DNA from: Malacoraja senta
Taxonomy: Eukaryota
Assembly (NCBI GenBank): GCA_038087875.1
Contig: CM075989.1
Span: forward strand, 21,268,001 to 21,332,000
DNA length: 64,000 nucleotides
Reading direction: 5' to 3'
Position numbers and translations under genes: made by a program. Below the pieces are notes generated by a model. The model was not told the DNA's origin. It worked only from the letters and a program-made list of their open reading frames with translations, and did not search any database. Shown one piece after another: positions 1-9,159 of the stretch (positions are counted from its first letter, which is position 1; every line of letters starts with the position of its first letter).

Positions 1-249
1 CCATGAATTAAGATTCTCAACTGTGAAGAACAAAAGGAAAACAGCTGTTGTTAATTATTTGCTGTTAATTCTTTTCTTACTCACTTTAATGTTTTCAAAT
101 ATTTCTTCACATTCTAATATTCCTTTAACTATTAGTCAGTGTGTTCTGTTGTTATTTGGGAGCAATTATAATAATTTTTAAGTATCAACTATTTTTGCAA
201 AGCATAATAAAAATCAAACAGTCTTTGATTGGAAACATAGATCATAGAT

Positions 250-567
250 CACGGTGGCGCAGCGGTAGAGTTGCTGCCTCACAGCGCCAGAGACCCGGGT
301 TCAATCCTGACTACGGGTGCTGTCTGTACAGAGTTTGCATGTTCTCCCCGTGACCCGTGTGATTTTTCTCCGGGATCTCCGGTTTCCTCCCACCCTCCAA
401 AGACGTGCAGGTTTGTAGGTTAATTGACTTGGTATAATTGTAAATTGTCCCTAGTGTTTGTAGGATAGTGTTAGTGTGCGGGGATCGCTGGTCGGTGCGG
501 ACTCAGTGGGCAATGGGCCTGTTTGCACACTGTATCTCTAAACTAAACTAAACTAAACTAAACTAAA
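250..567 (+). mobile_element. HE1-type V-SINE (tRNA-derived), near full length
   Basis: A box TGGCGCAGCGG, B box GGTTCAATCC, V-domain GAGTTTGCATGTTCTCCCCGTG...CCGGTTTCCTCCCAC, LINE-like tail GGGCCTGTTT..CTGTATCTC and (TAAAC)n end; about 20 similar copies in the window. Confidence 0.9.
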
Positions 568-750
568 GAGTGCAATACAGGAACAGGTCCATTGGTCCAC
601 AATACCAGTGCTGAACGTGATGCCTCTTGTCTGTTTGTACATCAGCGATATCCCTCTATCCTCCCATGTTGTTGACCTCTGGTAAAGACACTCACTGCCT
701 AGGCAGCAGCATCCGGTGATAAAACTGATCCTTACAGGGAAATGCAAAGT

Positions 751-1173
751 CAATGGACAATAGACAATAGACAATAGGTGCAGGAGTAGGCCATTCGGCC
801 CTTCGAGCCAGCACCGCCATTCAATGTGATCATGGCTGATCATCCCCAATCAGTACCCCGTTCCTGCCTTCTCCCCATACCCCCTGACTCTGCTATTTTT
901 AAGAGCCCTATCTAGCTCTCTCTTGAAAGCATCCAAAGAACCTGCCTCCACCGCCCTCTAGGGCAGAGAATTCCACAGACTCACCACTCTCTGTAAGAAA
1001 AAGTGTTTCCTCGTCTCCGTTCTAAATGGCTTACTCCTTATTCTTAAACTCTGGCCCCTGGTTCTGGACTCCCCCAACATCGGGAACATGTTTCCTGCCT
1101 CTAGCGTGTCCAAACCCTTATCAATCTTATATGTCTCAATGAGATCCCCTCTCATCCTTCTAAACTCCAGAGT
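751..1173 (-). mobile_element. CR1-clade (HER1-like) LINE 3' fragment
   Basis: ORF 958-1179(-) LEFRRMRGDLIETYKI...SRTRGQSLRI...FFLQRVVSLWNSLP is the CR1 ORF2 C-terminus; 3'UTR and (CTATTGT)n tail. Confidence 0.9.
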
Positions 1174-1282
1174 CCACACGCCAGTTTATGTTGGGTCAGT
1201 AAATCAGCACCATCTTCCGTGTCTGGTTGGTGAGACATTTTGGTGTTTCAGATTTCAAGCAGAAATGACAGAGGAACCACGA

Positions 1283-1533
1283 CAGACACAAAGTGTTGGA
1301 ATAGCTCAGCGGGACAGGCAGCACATCTGGAGAGAAGGAAAGGGTTTCGTTTCAGGTCGGGACCCTTCTTGAGAATGAAAGTAGAGGGGAGGGAACGGTT
1401 TTAATTATGGTCCCGAATCAAAACGTTGTGCATCTTTTTTCTCCAGAGATGCTGCCAGATCCACTGAGTTACTCCAGCACTTTGAGTCTAGCTTTGGTAT
1501 AAACCAGCAAATCTGCAGTTCTTTGTTTCTACA
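1283..1533. mobile_element. Penelope-like element (PLE) terminal fragments in inverted arrangement
   Basis: Two opposed copies of the GCTGGAGTAACTCAGCGGG..CAGGCAGCATCTCTGGAGA unit; degenerate hammerhead motif. Confidence 0.75.
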
Positions 1534-1607
1534 GAGGAACTATGTTTGTGTTTGAACATTGAACATCGCAGCATAGGAACGGGCTCTACTGCCCACATGA
1601 TGCCAAG

Positions 1608-1752
1608 ATCCTCCTTTTTCTTGCATGTGGCGTGCACAGCCTAAAGTTGTAGGACAACTTGTTCTATTTGATCTTATTTGATTGTGCACGTTGGGTTGAT
1701 TGCATTCGTCGAAACAAGGCGGACCACGTGAAGGTCGCAATCTCCCCACCCC
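1608..1752 (-). mobile_element. Short (145 bp) retroposon with 5' minimal HDV-like ribozyme
   Basis: 8-bp TSD ATGCCAAG (1600-1607, 1753-1760); purine-rich 3' tail; 5' 55 nt fold into P1/P2/P3 nested pseudoknot. Confidence 0.75.
1698..1752 (-). ncRNA. Candidate minimal HDV-like self-cleaving ribozyme
   Basis: Minus strand: P1 GGGGTGG/CCGCCTT, P2 GATTGCG/TGCAATC, P3 ACC/GGT, L3 TTCACGT, vestigial P4 (TTTCGA), J4/2 CGAA. Confidence 0.7.
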
Positions 1753-1839
1753 ATGCCAAGCTAAACTAATCTCATTCAGCCTATAGATGATCCACATCCC
1801 TCCATCCCCTCATGAACACTCTTGATGCTAGATTATGGT

Positions 1840-1952
1840 CTCAGGGTGTCACTCAGGGTGTCACTCAGGGTGTCACTCAGGGTGTCACTCAGGGTGTCAC
1901 TCAGGGTGTCACTCAGGGTGTCACTCAGGGTGTCACTCAGGGTGTCACTCAG
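1840..1952. repeat. 12-bp minisatellite (CTCAGGGTGTCA)x~9.4
   Basis: Perfect tandem units with no spacers. Confidence 0.97.
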
Positions 1953-2045
1953 CTCCCTCCTCGCGTTTTCAACCTTTGGAAGCTTTTTTGACCCTCTGTT
2001 GTACAGGAATTCATTTGTACACCCATCCCATTGACCGTATTGGTT

Positions 2046-2211
2046 TCATAAGGTCAAAGGTGATAGGAGTAGAATTAGGCCATTCGGCCCATCAAGTCTA
2101 CTCCGCCATTCAATCATGGCTGAGCTATCTCTCTCTCCCAACCCCATTCTCCTGCCTGCTCCCCATAACCTCTGACACCTATACTAACCACAAATCTATC
2201 TATCTCTGCCT
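2046..2211 (-). mobile_element. CR1-clade LINE 3'UTR fragment
   Basis: Reverse complement of the GGGGAG..GGCAGGAGAATGGGG...GATGGGCCGAATGGCCTAATTC tail. Confidence 0.85.
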
Positions 2212-3013
2212 TGTTGGGTGAGGGATAGATGATAACGAGTTATACAGATGTAATTATGGTCCTAGTCCTTACCCCCCTTAGTCTAGTTCAGTAAAACACC
2301 GAGTCAAGCACCGGATCACTATTCTTTATTATTTCCAACAATAACGAACTCCCTATACAATACCTAACCACCGCGGGTCCGATCCTTGTCTCTGCTCGTT
2401 CAAGCACTTCAGCCTCGTGCAAGCAGAAACCTCCAAAAGGTTACGCAGTCCCAAGCGCCCCTCCAGAAGATCGATCTCGATCCTCGTGGGGTCCACTCTT
2501 TATAGGTCATCGGACCCTGTGGCGCGGAACTGGATGGGGGTGGTAGCCCCTACAAACCAATCACAAATATCGATTACATTATACTGTTATTGACAGTTCC
2601 CTAACCCAAGTACCCCATTACAATGTTTCTGCAGAAGCTTCTGGAAGGAAGTTAGTTAACCAAGGTAATGCAACATTTCCCCAGGTTGTATAAACAATTC
2701 AAACAAAGTTTCACACTTCAGTCTATCATCAAACAGCCGCACAAACACCCTGCAACATTATTAACAGTATTTACAACTCCCCCATATTTGGCCAATCCTG
2801 ACCATGCATCTGCAACACCTCTGAGCTCCTCCGCAAAGCCTTCGTGAATTTTAACAAAGGAAAGGACATCTGGAACTCACCTTGTCAACCTGGGGTCCAG
2901 ACTTTATGGAACCGACTCACAGCTTGTAACTTCTCACAGAAAGAGACCAAGCAGGCCATGCAAATGCAAAGGTCCTCCATTTTATAATACCTCAAATTTG
3001 GCCAATATTAACA
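2212..3013 (-). mobile_element. Solo LTR (retrovirus/LTR-retrotransposon-like), related to 57740-58510
   Basis: Minus strand begins TGTTAA (3013) and ends AACA (2212); TATAAA at 2499-2504, AATAAA at 2325-2330; shares long R-region blocks with 57740-58510; no TSD seen. Confidence 0.7.
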
Positions 3014-3280
3014 CAGACAGTGGAACTAGCCAGGACTACACTGAAACTAGTGCAACGACTGGGGTGGGGGAGGGACGGGGAGAGAGGGGATACAAGGGTT
3101 ACTTGAAGTTGAAGAAATCAATATTCATACCGCTGGGGTGCAAGCTGCCCAAGTGAAATATCAGGTGCTGTTCCTCAAATTTACATTTGACCTCACTCTG
3201 ACAATGGAGGAGGCCCAGGACAGAAAGGTCAGTGTGGGAATGGGAGGGGGAATTAAAGTGTTTGGCAACCGGGAGACCAT
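3014..3280 (-). mobile_element. Penelope-like element fragment, GIY-YIG endonuclease C-terminus
   Basis: LPVAKHFNSPSHSHTDLSVLGLLHC...EEQHLIFHLGSLHPSGMNIDF matches the PLE HFN...H...E...I..L..L.P.G.N pattern. Confidence 0.85.
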
Positions 3281-3374
3281 CCCCAATCATGTGTGTATGA
3301 AAACCTCTCGATTATCCCTTGAAACCGCACCATTGATTGATTGATTGATTAATTACTTGATTTAAATAATCTAC

Positions 3375-3515
3375 ATGGACACAGACCCTTCGGCCCAGTG
3401 AGTCCACACTGACCACCCATCTCACGTTCACACTAGTTCTATGTAATCCCTCTTTCTCATCCGCACCCTACACACTGGGAACCGTTTACAGAGGCCAATT
3501 AATCAAACCTACAAA
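3375..3515 (-). mobile_element. V-SINE 3' fragment (diverged)
   Basis: CCCTTCGGCCCA..GAGTCCACACTGACC...GCCAATTAA..ACCTACAAA. Confidence 0.65.
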
Positions 3516-3702
3516 TGTGTATCATTGTTGAAAAATTGTTTTCATATACAGTATGTCCATTCTGGTTGTCAGATATTCTATGTTGGATGCTTTGATGAAA
3601 CTGTAAATGCTCTGATACCGTCCACAACCAGGCGATGAATCCTTTCCTAGTAGCTGTCCGAGGTTCCATTCGCATTTACCCTATGAACTTCTAACCATCT
3701 TA

Positions 3703-3937
3703 AGGGCCTGTCCCACTTGGCGATTTTTTCGGTGACTGCCGGCGCATATCAGTGTCGCCAAAAGATTTTGAACATTTCAAAATCCAGCGGCGACAAAAAA
3801 AATGTTGCGACACTTGAAAAAACACCGCGCGTCATACGTCATCACGCCGCACCACGCCGCACCACGCCGCAAATTTTTCGGTGACCTGTCAATGATGCCG
3901 GCAGTCGCCGATAAAATCGCCAAGTGGTACAGGCCCT
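3703..3937. mobile_element. MITE, probably PIF/Harbinger-type
   Basis: TIR AGGGCCTGTCCCACTTGGCGATTTT / AAAATCGCCAAGTGGTACAGGCCCT; TTA/TAA flanks. Confidence 0.85.
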
Positions 3938-4169
3938 TAACTGTCCATTCCAGTCTCTAAAGGTTTGCCCATTTAAATCTCTGCTGTGTCCCATCAGCTT
4001 CTGAGACCTCAGCCATACTTATTGCAAGGATCCTCACCAGAAACATCTTGCGTCCATTCCTTCCACAGATGCTGCCTGACCAGCTGAGTTCCCCAACATC
4101 TTTTTATGCTCAACCATTCAACTTACTGTAACTCCACTCTTCCCATCTCAAAACTGTAGTTTATTTTGG

Positions 4170-4642
4170 AAATACGGAGTGGAAACAGGCCATTCGGCCC
4201 ACCCACACTGACCAACGATCACCCCGTACACAATAGTTCTATCCTACAGACTAGGGACAATTTACAGAAGCCAGTAAACCTATAAACCTGGCAGACACCA
4301 AATGCTGGAGTAAGTCAGTGGGACAGGCAGCGTCTTTGGAGAGAAGGAATGGGTGACGTATCGGGTCGAGACCCTTCTTCAGTCTGCTGCCTCACCTGCT
4401 GAGTTACTCCAGCATTTTGTGTCTACCTTCGATTTAAACCAGCATCTGCAGTTCTTTCTTACACAACCTATAAACCTGTATGTCTTTGGAATGTCGGGGG
4501 GGGAAACTGGAGCACGCGGAGAAAACCCACGCAGGTCACAGGGAGAATGTACAAAGTCCGTACAGACAGCACCCGTAGTCAGGATCGAACCGGGTCTCTG
4601 GCGCTGTATGGCAGCAACTCTACCGCTGCGCCAACGTGCTGT
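4170..4642 (-). mobile_element. V-SINE split by a PLE insertion
   Basis: Tail at 4170-4290, head at 4465-4642; 14-bp duplication AACCTATAAACCTG flanks the insert. Confidence 0.85.
4291..4464. mobile_element. PLE-derived fold-back insertion with 14-bp TSD
   Basis: Opposed PLE terminal units; TSD at 4277-4290 and 4465-4478. Confidence 0.8.
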
Positions 4643-4773
4643 CCCCTGCATTCGGTAAACTATTTTGTGCATTGCACATAAGGAACTGCAGATGCTGGTT
4701 TACAAAAATAAAAGACCCAAAGTGCTGGAAGAACTGAGTGGTCAGGCAGCATGTCTGGAGAACATGGATAGGT

Positions 4774-4801
4774 GACGTTTCGGGTCAAGACCCTTCTTCA
4801 G
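4774..4801 (-). ncRNA. Minimal type I hammerhead ribozyme motif (PLE-borne; host fragment ~4680-4835)
   Basis: Minus strand CTGAAGA-A-GGGTC-TT-GACCC-GAAA-CG-TC. Confidence 0.7.
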
Positions 4802-5903
4802 TGACCATAGTGGAGGGGAGAAGGCTGGAAGAGAACCTGTTTCATCTTGGGCACGTAAGAGTTAAATTATCGAAGCATTCTGCGCAGTGGAGTTGCAAGC
4901 GTCTGTGATTGTGCGGTGCAGATGGTGTTTTATGCTTCCCTGACAAGGAGTTATGACAGCTGAAAGTTTTAGGATATCATTTACAGTAAAGGACAGCGTT
5001 AGTGGGAAAGAAATGCGAGAGAGGAAATGGCATGCAGGGATATTAAATCCACAAACTTTGTCACTGCTGCCGGTGACAAACATCTTCACTGCTCCTTGAA
5101 GCGCCTATTTTCACATGCTGGCTCAACGTCGGGCCTTGTGTGTAGCGCTCAGCTTTCCTAACAATGGCGGTTCTGGCCCAGATAGTAAGTGGCGCTGACA
5201 CAATGCACGGCCTTTGGCATCAGTTTATCCATTTTCCCACTCAAAATTAGCAAATGTTCACAATAGTAAAACACAGCACCAACTGATCTTGATGAATATC
5301 ATTTATCACCATTTTACTTTGCTGAGCCACATGGAGAGAACAAAGAAGGGCCCAGCGCGGAATAGTTTTGGCGCCCTTTATGTGGTGGCTGTTTGCATAC
5401 CTTGGTCATGCAGGCAAAGAATTTCACTGTGACTTGTCACGTCTGACAATAAAATATTCATTCAGTCATTCATTCATTCACAAGTGTTGGAGTAAATCAA
5501 TAGGTCAGGCAGCATCTCAGGAGGACATGGACAGGCGACGTTTGGAGTTGGGACACTTCTTCAGACTTGACTTGGAGAGGTGACGTTTTGGGTCAGGACC
5601 CTTCTTCACACTCTGAAGAAAGGGTCCCAACCCGATTAGGTCCTTCGGCCCACAACGCCTGTGAAATGATGATCCAATCTCAACTGCCTGCACATGATCC
5701 ATATCCTGCCCACTCCCCGCAAATCCACATGTTTATCCATAATTCAGATTCATATCTGATACGTATTTGTTTCTGGAACTTCAGATATTGAGGGGAGACC
5801 AGGTAGTAGTAAATAAAATTATGTGAGGCATAGAAAAGGTAGACAGTCAGAACCTTTTTCCCAGGGTGGAAATGTCCAATACTAGAGGGCATAGCTATAA
5901 GAT

Positions 5904-5969
5904 GGCCCCATAGCAGAAGCGTCCATGTCGCGGGGCTGGAAACTGGAAGTATCCTGAGCTAATTCTGCT
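5904..5969 (+). ncRNA. Candidate HDV-like self-cleaving ribozyme
   Basis: P1 GGCCCC/GGGGCT (G-U at position 1), P2 AGCAGAA/TTCTGCT, P3 GCG/CGC, L3 TCCATGT, P1.1 CC/GG, short P4 GGA/TCC, J4/2 GCTAA. Confidence 0.8.
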
Positions 5970-6096
5970 ACGACCATCATCCATGGCGACAAGTGATGGC
6001 TCCCACTGATTGTTGCCGGAGGCTTGCGTTCTTTTCAGGACGGACGATGACAGCGAGGTCAACATTTGAACAAGATGGACACGAAAAGAAGAAGAG
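5904..6096 (+). mobile_element. Short (~190 bp) non-autonomous Vingi/Ingi-type retroposon with 5' HDV-like ribozyme
   Basis: TSD GCTATAAGAT(G) at 5894-5904 and 6097-6107; tail GGACACGAAAAGAAGAAGA shared with the LINE fragment at 18763-18951. Confidence 0.8.
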
Positions 6097-6617
6097 GCTA
6101 TAAGATGAGGCGGAAAGTTTAATGGAGATGTTCGGGGTAAGTTGTTTTTACACAGAGGGTGGTGGGGGCCTGGAACACACTGCCAGGGGTGGTGGGGGCC
6201 TGGAACACACTGCCAGGGGTGGTGGGGGAGGTGGATACGATAGTGGCGTTTAAGAGGGGTTTAGATAGGCACATGGCAGTGCAGGGAATAGAGGGATATG
6301 GATCCGTTTGAGCTTATGGCATCATGTTCGGTACAAACATTGTGGGCCAAATGGCCCATTCCAGTCCTGCAACATTCTACGTTCAATGTTCTATGGCCCA
6401 CAAGGTCGCCTGTCCATGTCCTCCAGAGGTTGCTGCCTCTCCTGCTAAATTACTCCAGAACTTTGTGGTTTGTTCATTTCAGCATCTGCTGTTCCTTGTG
6501 TCTCAAGAAAATACTTGGCCCACATTGGAGTCTGGACAAGGTCCTATTTCCTCAATTTGCTGATAATTTTATATAAAGATTCCCAGTTACATCTTCAACT
6601 GCCACGAGTTATTCCCC

Positions 6618-6770
6618 ATGTGTAGGAAGGAACTGCAGATGATGGCTTAAACCGAAGATAGACACAAAAAGCTGGAATAACTCAGCAGGACAGGCAGCAT
6701 CTCTGGAGAGAAGGAATGGGTGACGTTTCAGGTCGAGACCAAAAGGGTCTATTATTTTTGTGTCTATCAT
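6618..6770 (-). mobile_element. PLE terminal fragment
   Basis: TGTGTAGGAAGGAACTGCAGATG...GTGACGTTTCAGGTCGAGACC; flanked by TTATTCCC duplication. Confidence 0.8.
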
Positions 6771-7294
6771 ATTATTCCCTCTTCTCTAATACCATACTAT
6801 TACATTTCCCACTAAATAAGTCCTGTTTTTATTAAACAATTTCCCATCCTAATAGGTCGATTTGTAGCAAGTTGAAGCCAAGAATTAGTTGGAATCATAT
6901 GAGAAGTCATCGCACCTGGAATTAGAACTGGTCGACTTTTGTTTCCCTGTGTATCAGGGTTGGCACTAATGCCACATGTTCACTCAGTAAATATCGTGCA
7001 CAATCTGAAATCTCGGACCGGAACAGACTACAATCATTAAAGGCTTCGCTTGTAACGTTCTCCAATCAATTCAAGAAATGATAAACTAATCAAAAAAGAA
7101 TTGTGAAACAAAGATCCAGAGTCAGATAAAAAATAAACAAAGCTTGTGAAGAACAGCCAAAAGGGGAAATCAAAGTAAAAGAGCCTTAATATTAGCCAGG
7201 CAGAAAATCAATATTCATTTACAATTTTGATAGAAGTTATGTGTGTTATTACTTGTGTTTTGGCTTTACTTTTGAAGTTTTCCTTGTTGAGTTA

Positions 7295-7542
7295 AGGGCC
7301 AGTCCCACTTTCACGACCTAATTCACGACCTTTTTTACTCGTGGACATTTTTCATCAGGCTAGAAAAGACGTCCCGACCTACTTGATGCCACGAGTCCCT
7401 ACGACTAGCATCACAGCCTGTTACGACCTACCTACGACCTCATATGGCCTCCTACGACCTTGTGACGACCATGCTGCGAGTATGAGTCAAAGGCAAACTC
7501 GGCAGAGGTCGTGAATTAGGTCGTGAAAGTGGGACTGGCCCT
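7295..7542. mobile_element. MITE, probably PIF/Harbinger-type
   Basis: Long perfect TIR AGGGCCAGTCCCACTTTCACGACCTAATTCACGACCT; internal ACGACC repeats; TTA/TAA flanks. Confidence 0.88.
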
Positions 7543-7608
7543 TAAGGAGAATCACACGGCAGTGAAATAAGGCTGGAGAAACGTTCACTGTTACTCCAGT
7601 TGCGTGGG

Positions 7609-7977
7609 GCGGCACGGTGGCGCAGCGCTAGAGTTGCTGCCTTGCAGTGCCAGAGACCCGGGTTCGATCCTGACTACGGGTGCTGTCTGCACGGCCTTTG
7701 TACCTTCTCAGTTCTGTTGATTGTCACGTGTATCGAGGTACAGTGAAAAGCTCTTGTTGCGAGCTAACCAGCCGGCGGAAAGACAACTGCGTGGGTCTCC
7801 TCTGGTTTTCTCCCACACCACAAAGATGTGCAGTGTTGTAGGTTAATTGGCTTGGTAAACCTGTACGCATTGTCTCCAGTGTGTGTCATAGTGTGTGAGA
7901 ATCGTTGGTCGGCACGGACACAGTGGGCCAAAGGGCCTGTTTCCGTGCTGTAAATCTAAAAGCTAAACTAAACTAAA
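7609..7977 (+). mobile_element. V-SINE with an internal LINE-tail insertion (~7710-7787)
   Basis: A/B boxes, tail and (TAAAC)n present. Confidence 0.85.
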
Positions 7978-8184
7978 ATACTCCAGTCAATCAACTAATA
8001 TCTCTGATATGCTGAAATGCAGTTTTCACCATGAGCACTGTTCTTCAACTCGAAACTTAGTGGCTCTGAAATTGGCTTTTTAACTCACAAATACCTCACG
8101 TGGTTCTTTTCTTCTGCAATATTTGGCCTGGGATGGTGGTGGAAGCAAGAGTAAAGGGTTAAAAGTAAAAACAAGTTTTGAAAA

Positions 8185-8372
8185 AGGCACAAAGTGCTGG
8201 AATAACTCAGTAGGCCAGGCAGCATCTCTGGAGAACATGGACAGGTGACTTTTCAGGTCCTGCCCCAAAATATCACATATCCATATCGCCAGAAATGCTG
8301 CCTGACCTGTTGAGTCACCCCAGCACTTAGTTTCATTTTGTGTAAACCAGAAACTGCAGTTTGTACTTCCCA
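8185..8372. mobile_element. PLE fold-back fragment
   Basis: Opposed GCTGGAATAACTCAG...GCAGCATCTCTGG units. Confidence 0.7.
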
Positions 8373-8457
8373 CGTCAAGGGTTAACAGTGTTTCATTGTC
8401 ATACGTAGCGACAAAGGAAGATTGGCATTCTAACTGGCACCTGCCTAACAGGCCCGA

Positions 8458-8930
8458 GTGTTGGAAAAATGCTATTATACCAACACTCAAAATGTGGATT
8501 GGTAATATGTTGGAAACTGCCCACTTGGAAGAAATGAGACTCCTCCTAATAGTCAAACAAGACCAATTCTTAACGAGTTGGTCGGCATTTATTGATTTTT
8601 TGGATTCATGTGGTGCAACAGTATCGTAAAATTAAAAATTCTGGGTTTGGGCGAAAAATGATCAAGAATATAAAAACGCATCGACTTGTGGCGAGGGAGG
8701 ATCTCCTTTCTGCTTCACCTTCTTACTTATTTCTTTTCTTTACTTCACATTCACTAGACTTTCCTTTACTCTTTACTACTTCTTTCTTTCTCATTTCTTT
8801 CACACAAAAAAAAAGGGGAATTTGTACAAAGAATGTTATGATAACTTTGGGAACCTGTAAAAAGGTACCATCAAAATGTAATGTACTTACTTCTAATAAA
8901 TAAAATATAAAAAAAATAAAAAATAAAAAA
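8458..8930 (+). mobile_element. 5'-truncated L1/Tx1-clade LINE (ORF2 C-terminus, 3'UTR, A-rich tail)
   Basis: WKNAIIPTLKMWIGNMLETAHLEEMR...QFLTSWSAFIDFL resembles fish-type L1 ORF2 end; AATAAA plus A tail; 12-bp TSD TAACAGGCCCGA (8446-8457, 8931-8942). Confidence 0.85.
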
Positions 8931-9059
8931 TAACAGGCCCGAAAGCAAAATACACACAGATAATGTATAATAATCAAACAAACAATAAGTTAATAACCTC
9001 AATACTAGTGCAAAAAGACCACAGAAGTCCTAATGCAATCAAAGCCAGTCCATAGATCA

Positions 9060-9150
9060 CAGTTGAGGTTAGTTTTGTGGAGTGTTCAAGAGCCTGATGG
9101 TTGTTGGGAAGAAGCTATTCTTGAACCTGATGGTCATGATTTTCACACAT
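9060..9150 (-). mobile_element. Rex1/Babar-type LINE ORF end fragment
   Basis: TIRFKNSFFPTTIRLLN motif. Confidence 0.7.
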
Positions 9151-9159
9151 GATAGTGGC

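Larger units (their letters stand above)
5806..6390 (+). mobile_element. CR1-clade LINE 3' fragment, interrupted at 5904-6096
   Basis: ACTAGAGGGCATAGCTATAAG...TTTTTACACAGAGGGTGGTGGGGGCCTGGAAC; internal 30-bp tandem duplication near 6157-6227. Confidence 0.8.

Noticed and set aside
250..320. tRNA genes at SINE heads
   Set aside because: A/B boxes run straight into V-domain and LINE-derived tails; these are SINE heads, not standalone tRNAs.
1822..2221. CRISPR-like array or repetitive peptide (SGCH / RVSL)
   Set aside because: Contiguous 12-bp tandem units with no spacers, no cas genes, and eukaryotic context.
3700..3940. piggyBac assignment from TTAA flanks
   Set aside because: Termini are not CC(C/T)-type, and sister elements at 26950 and 54965 show 3-bp TAA duplications.
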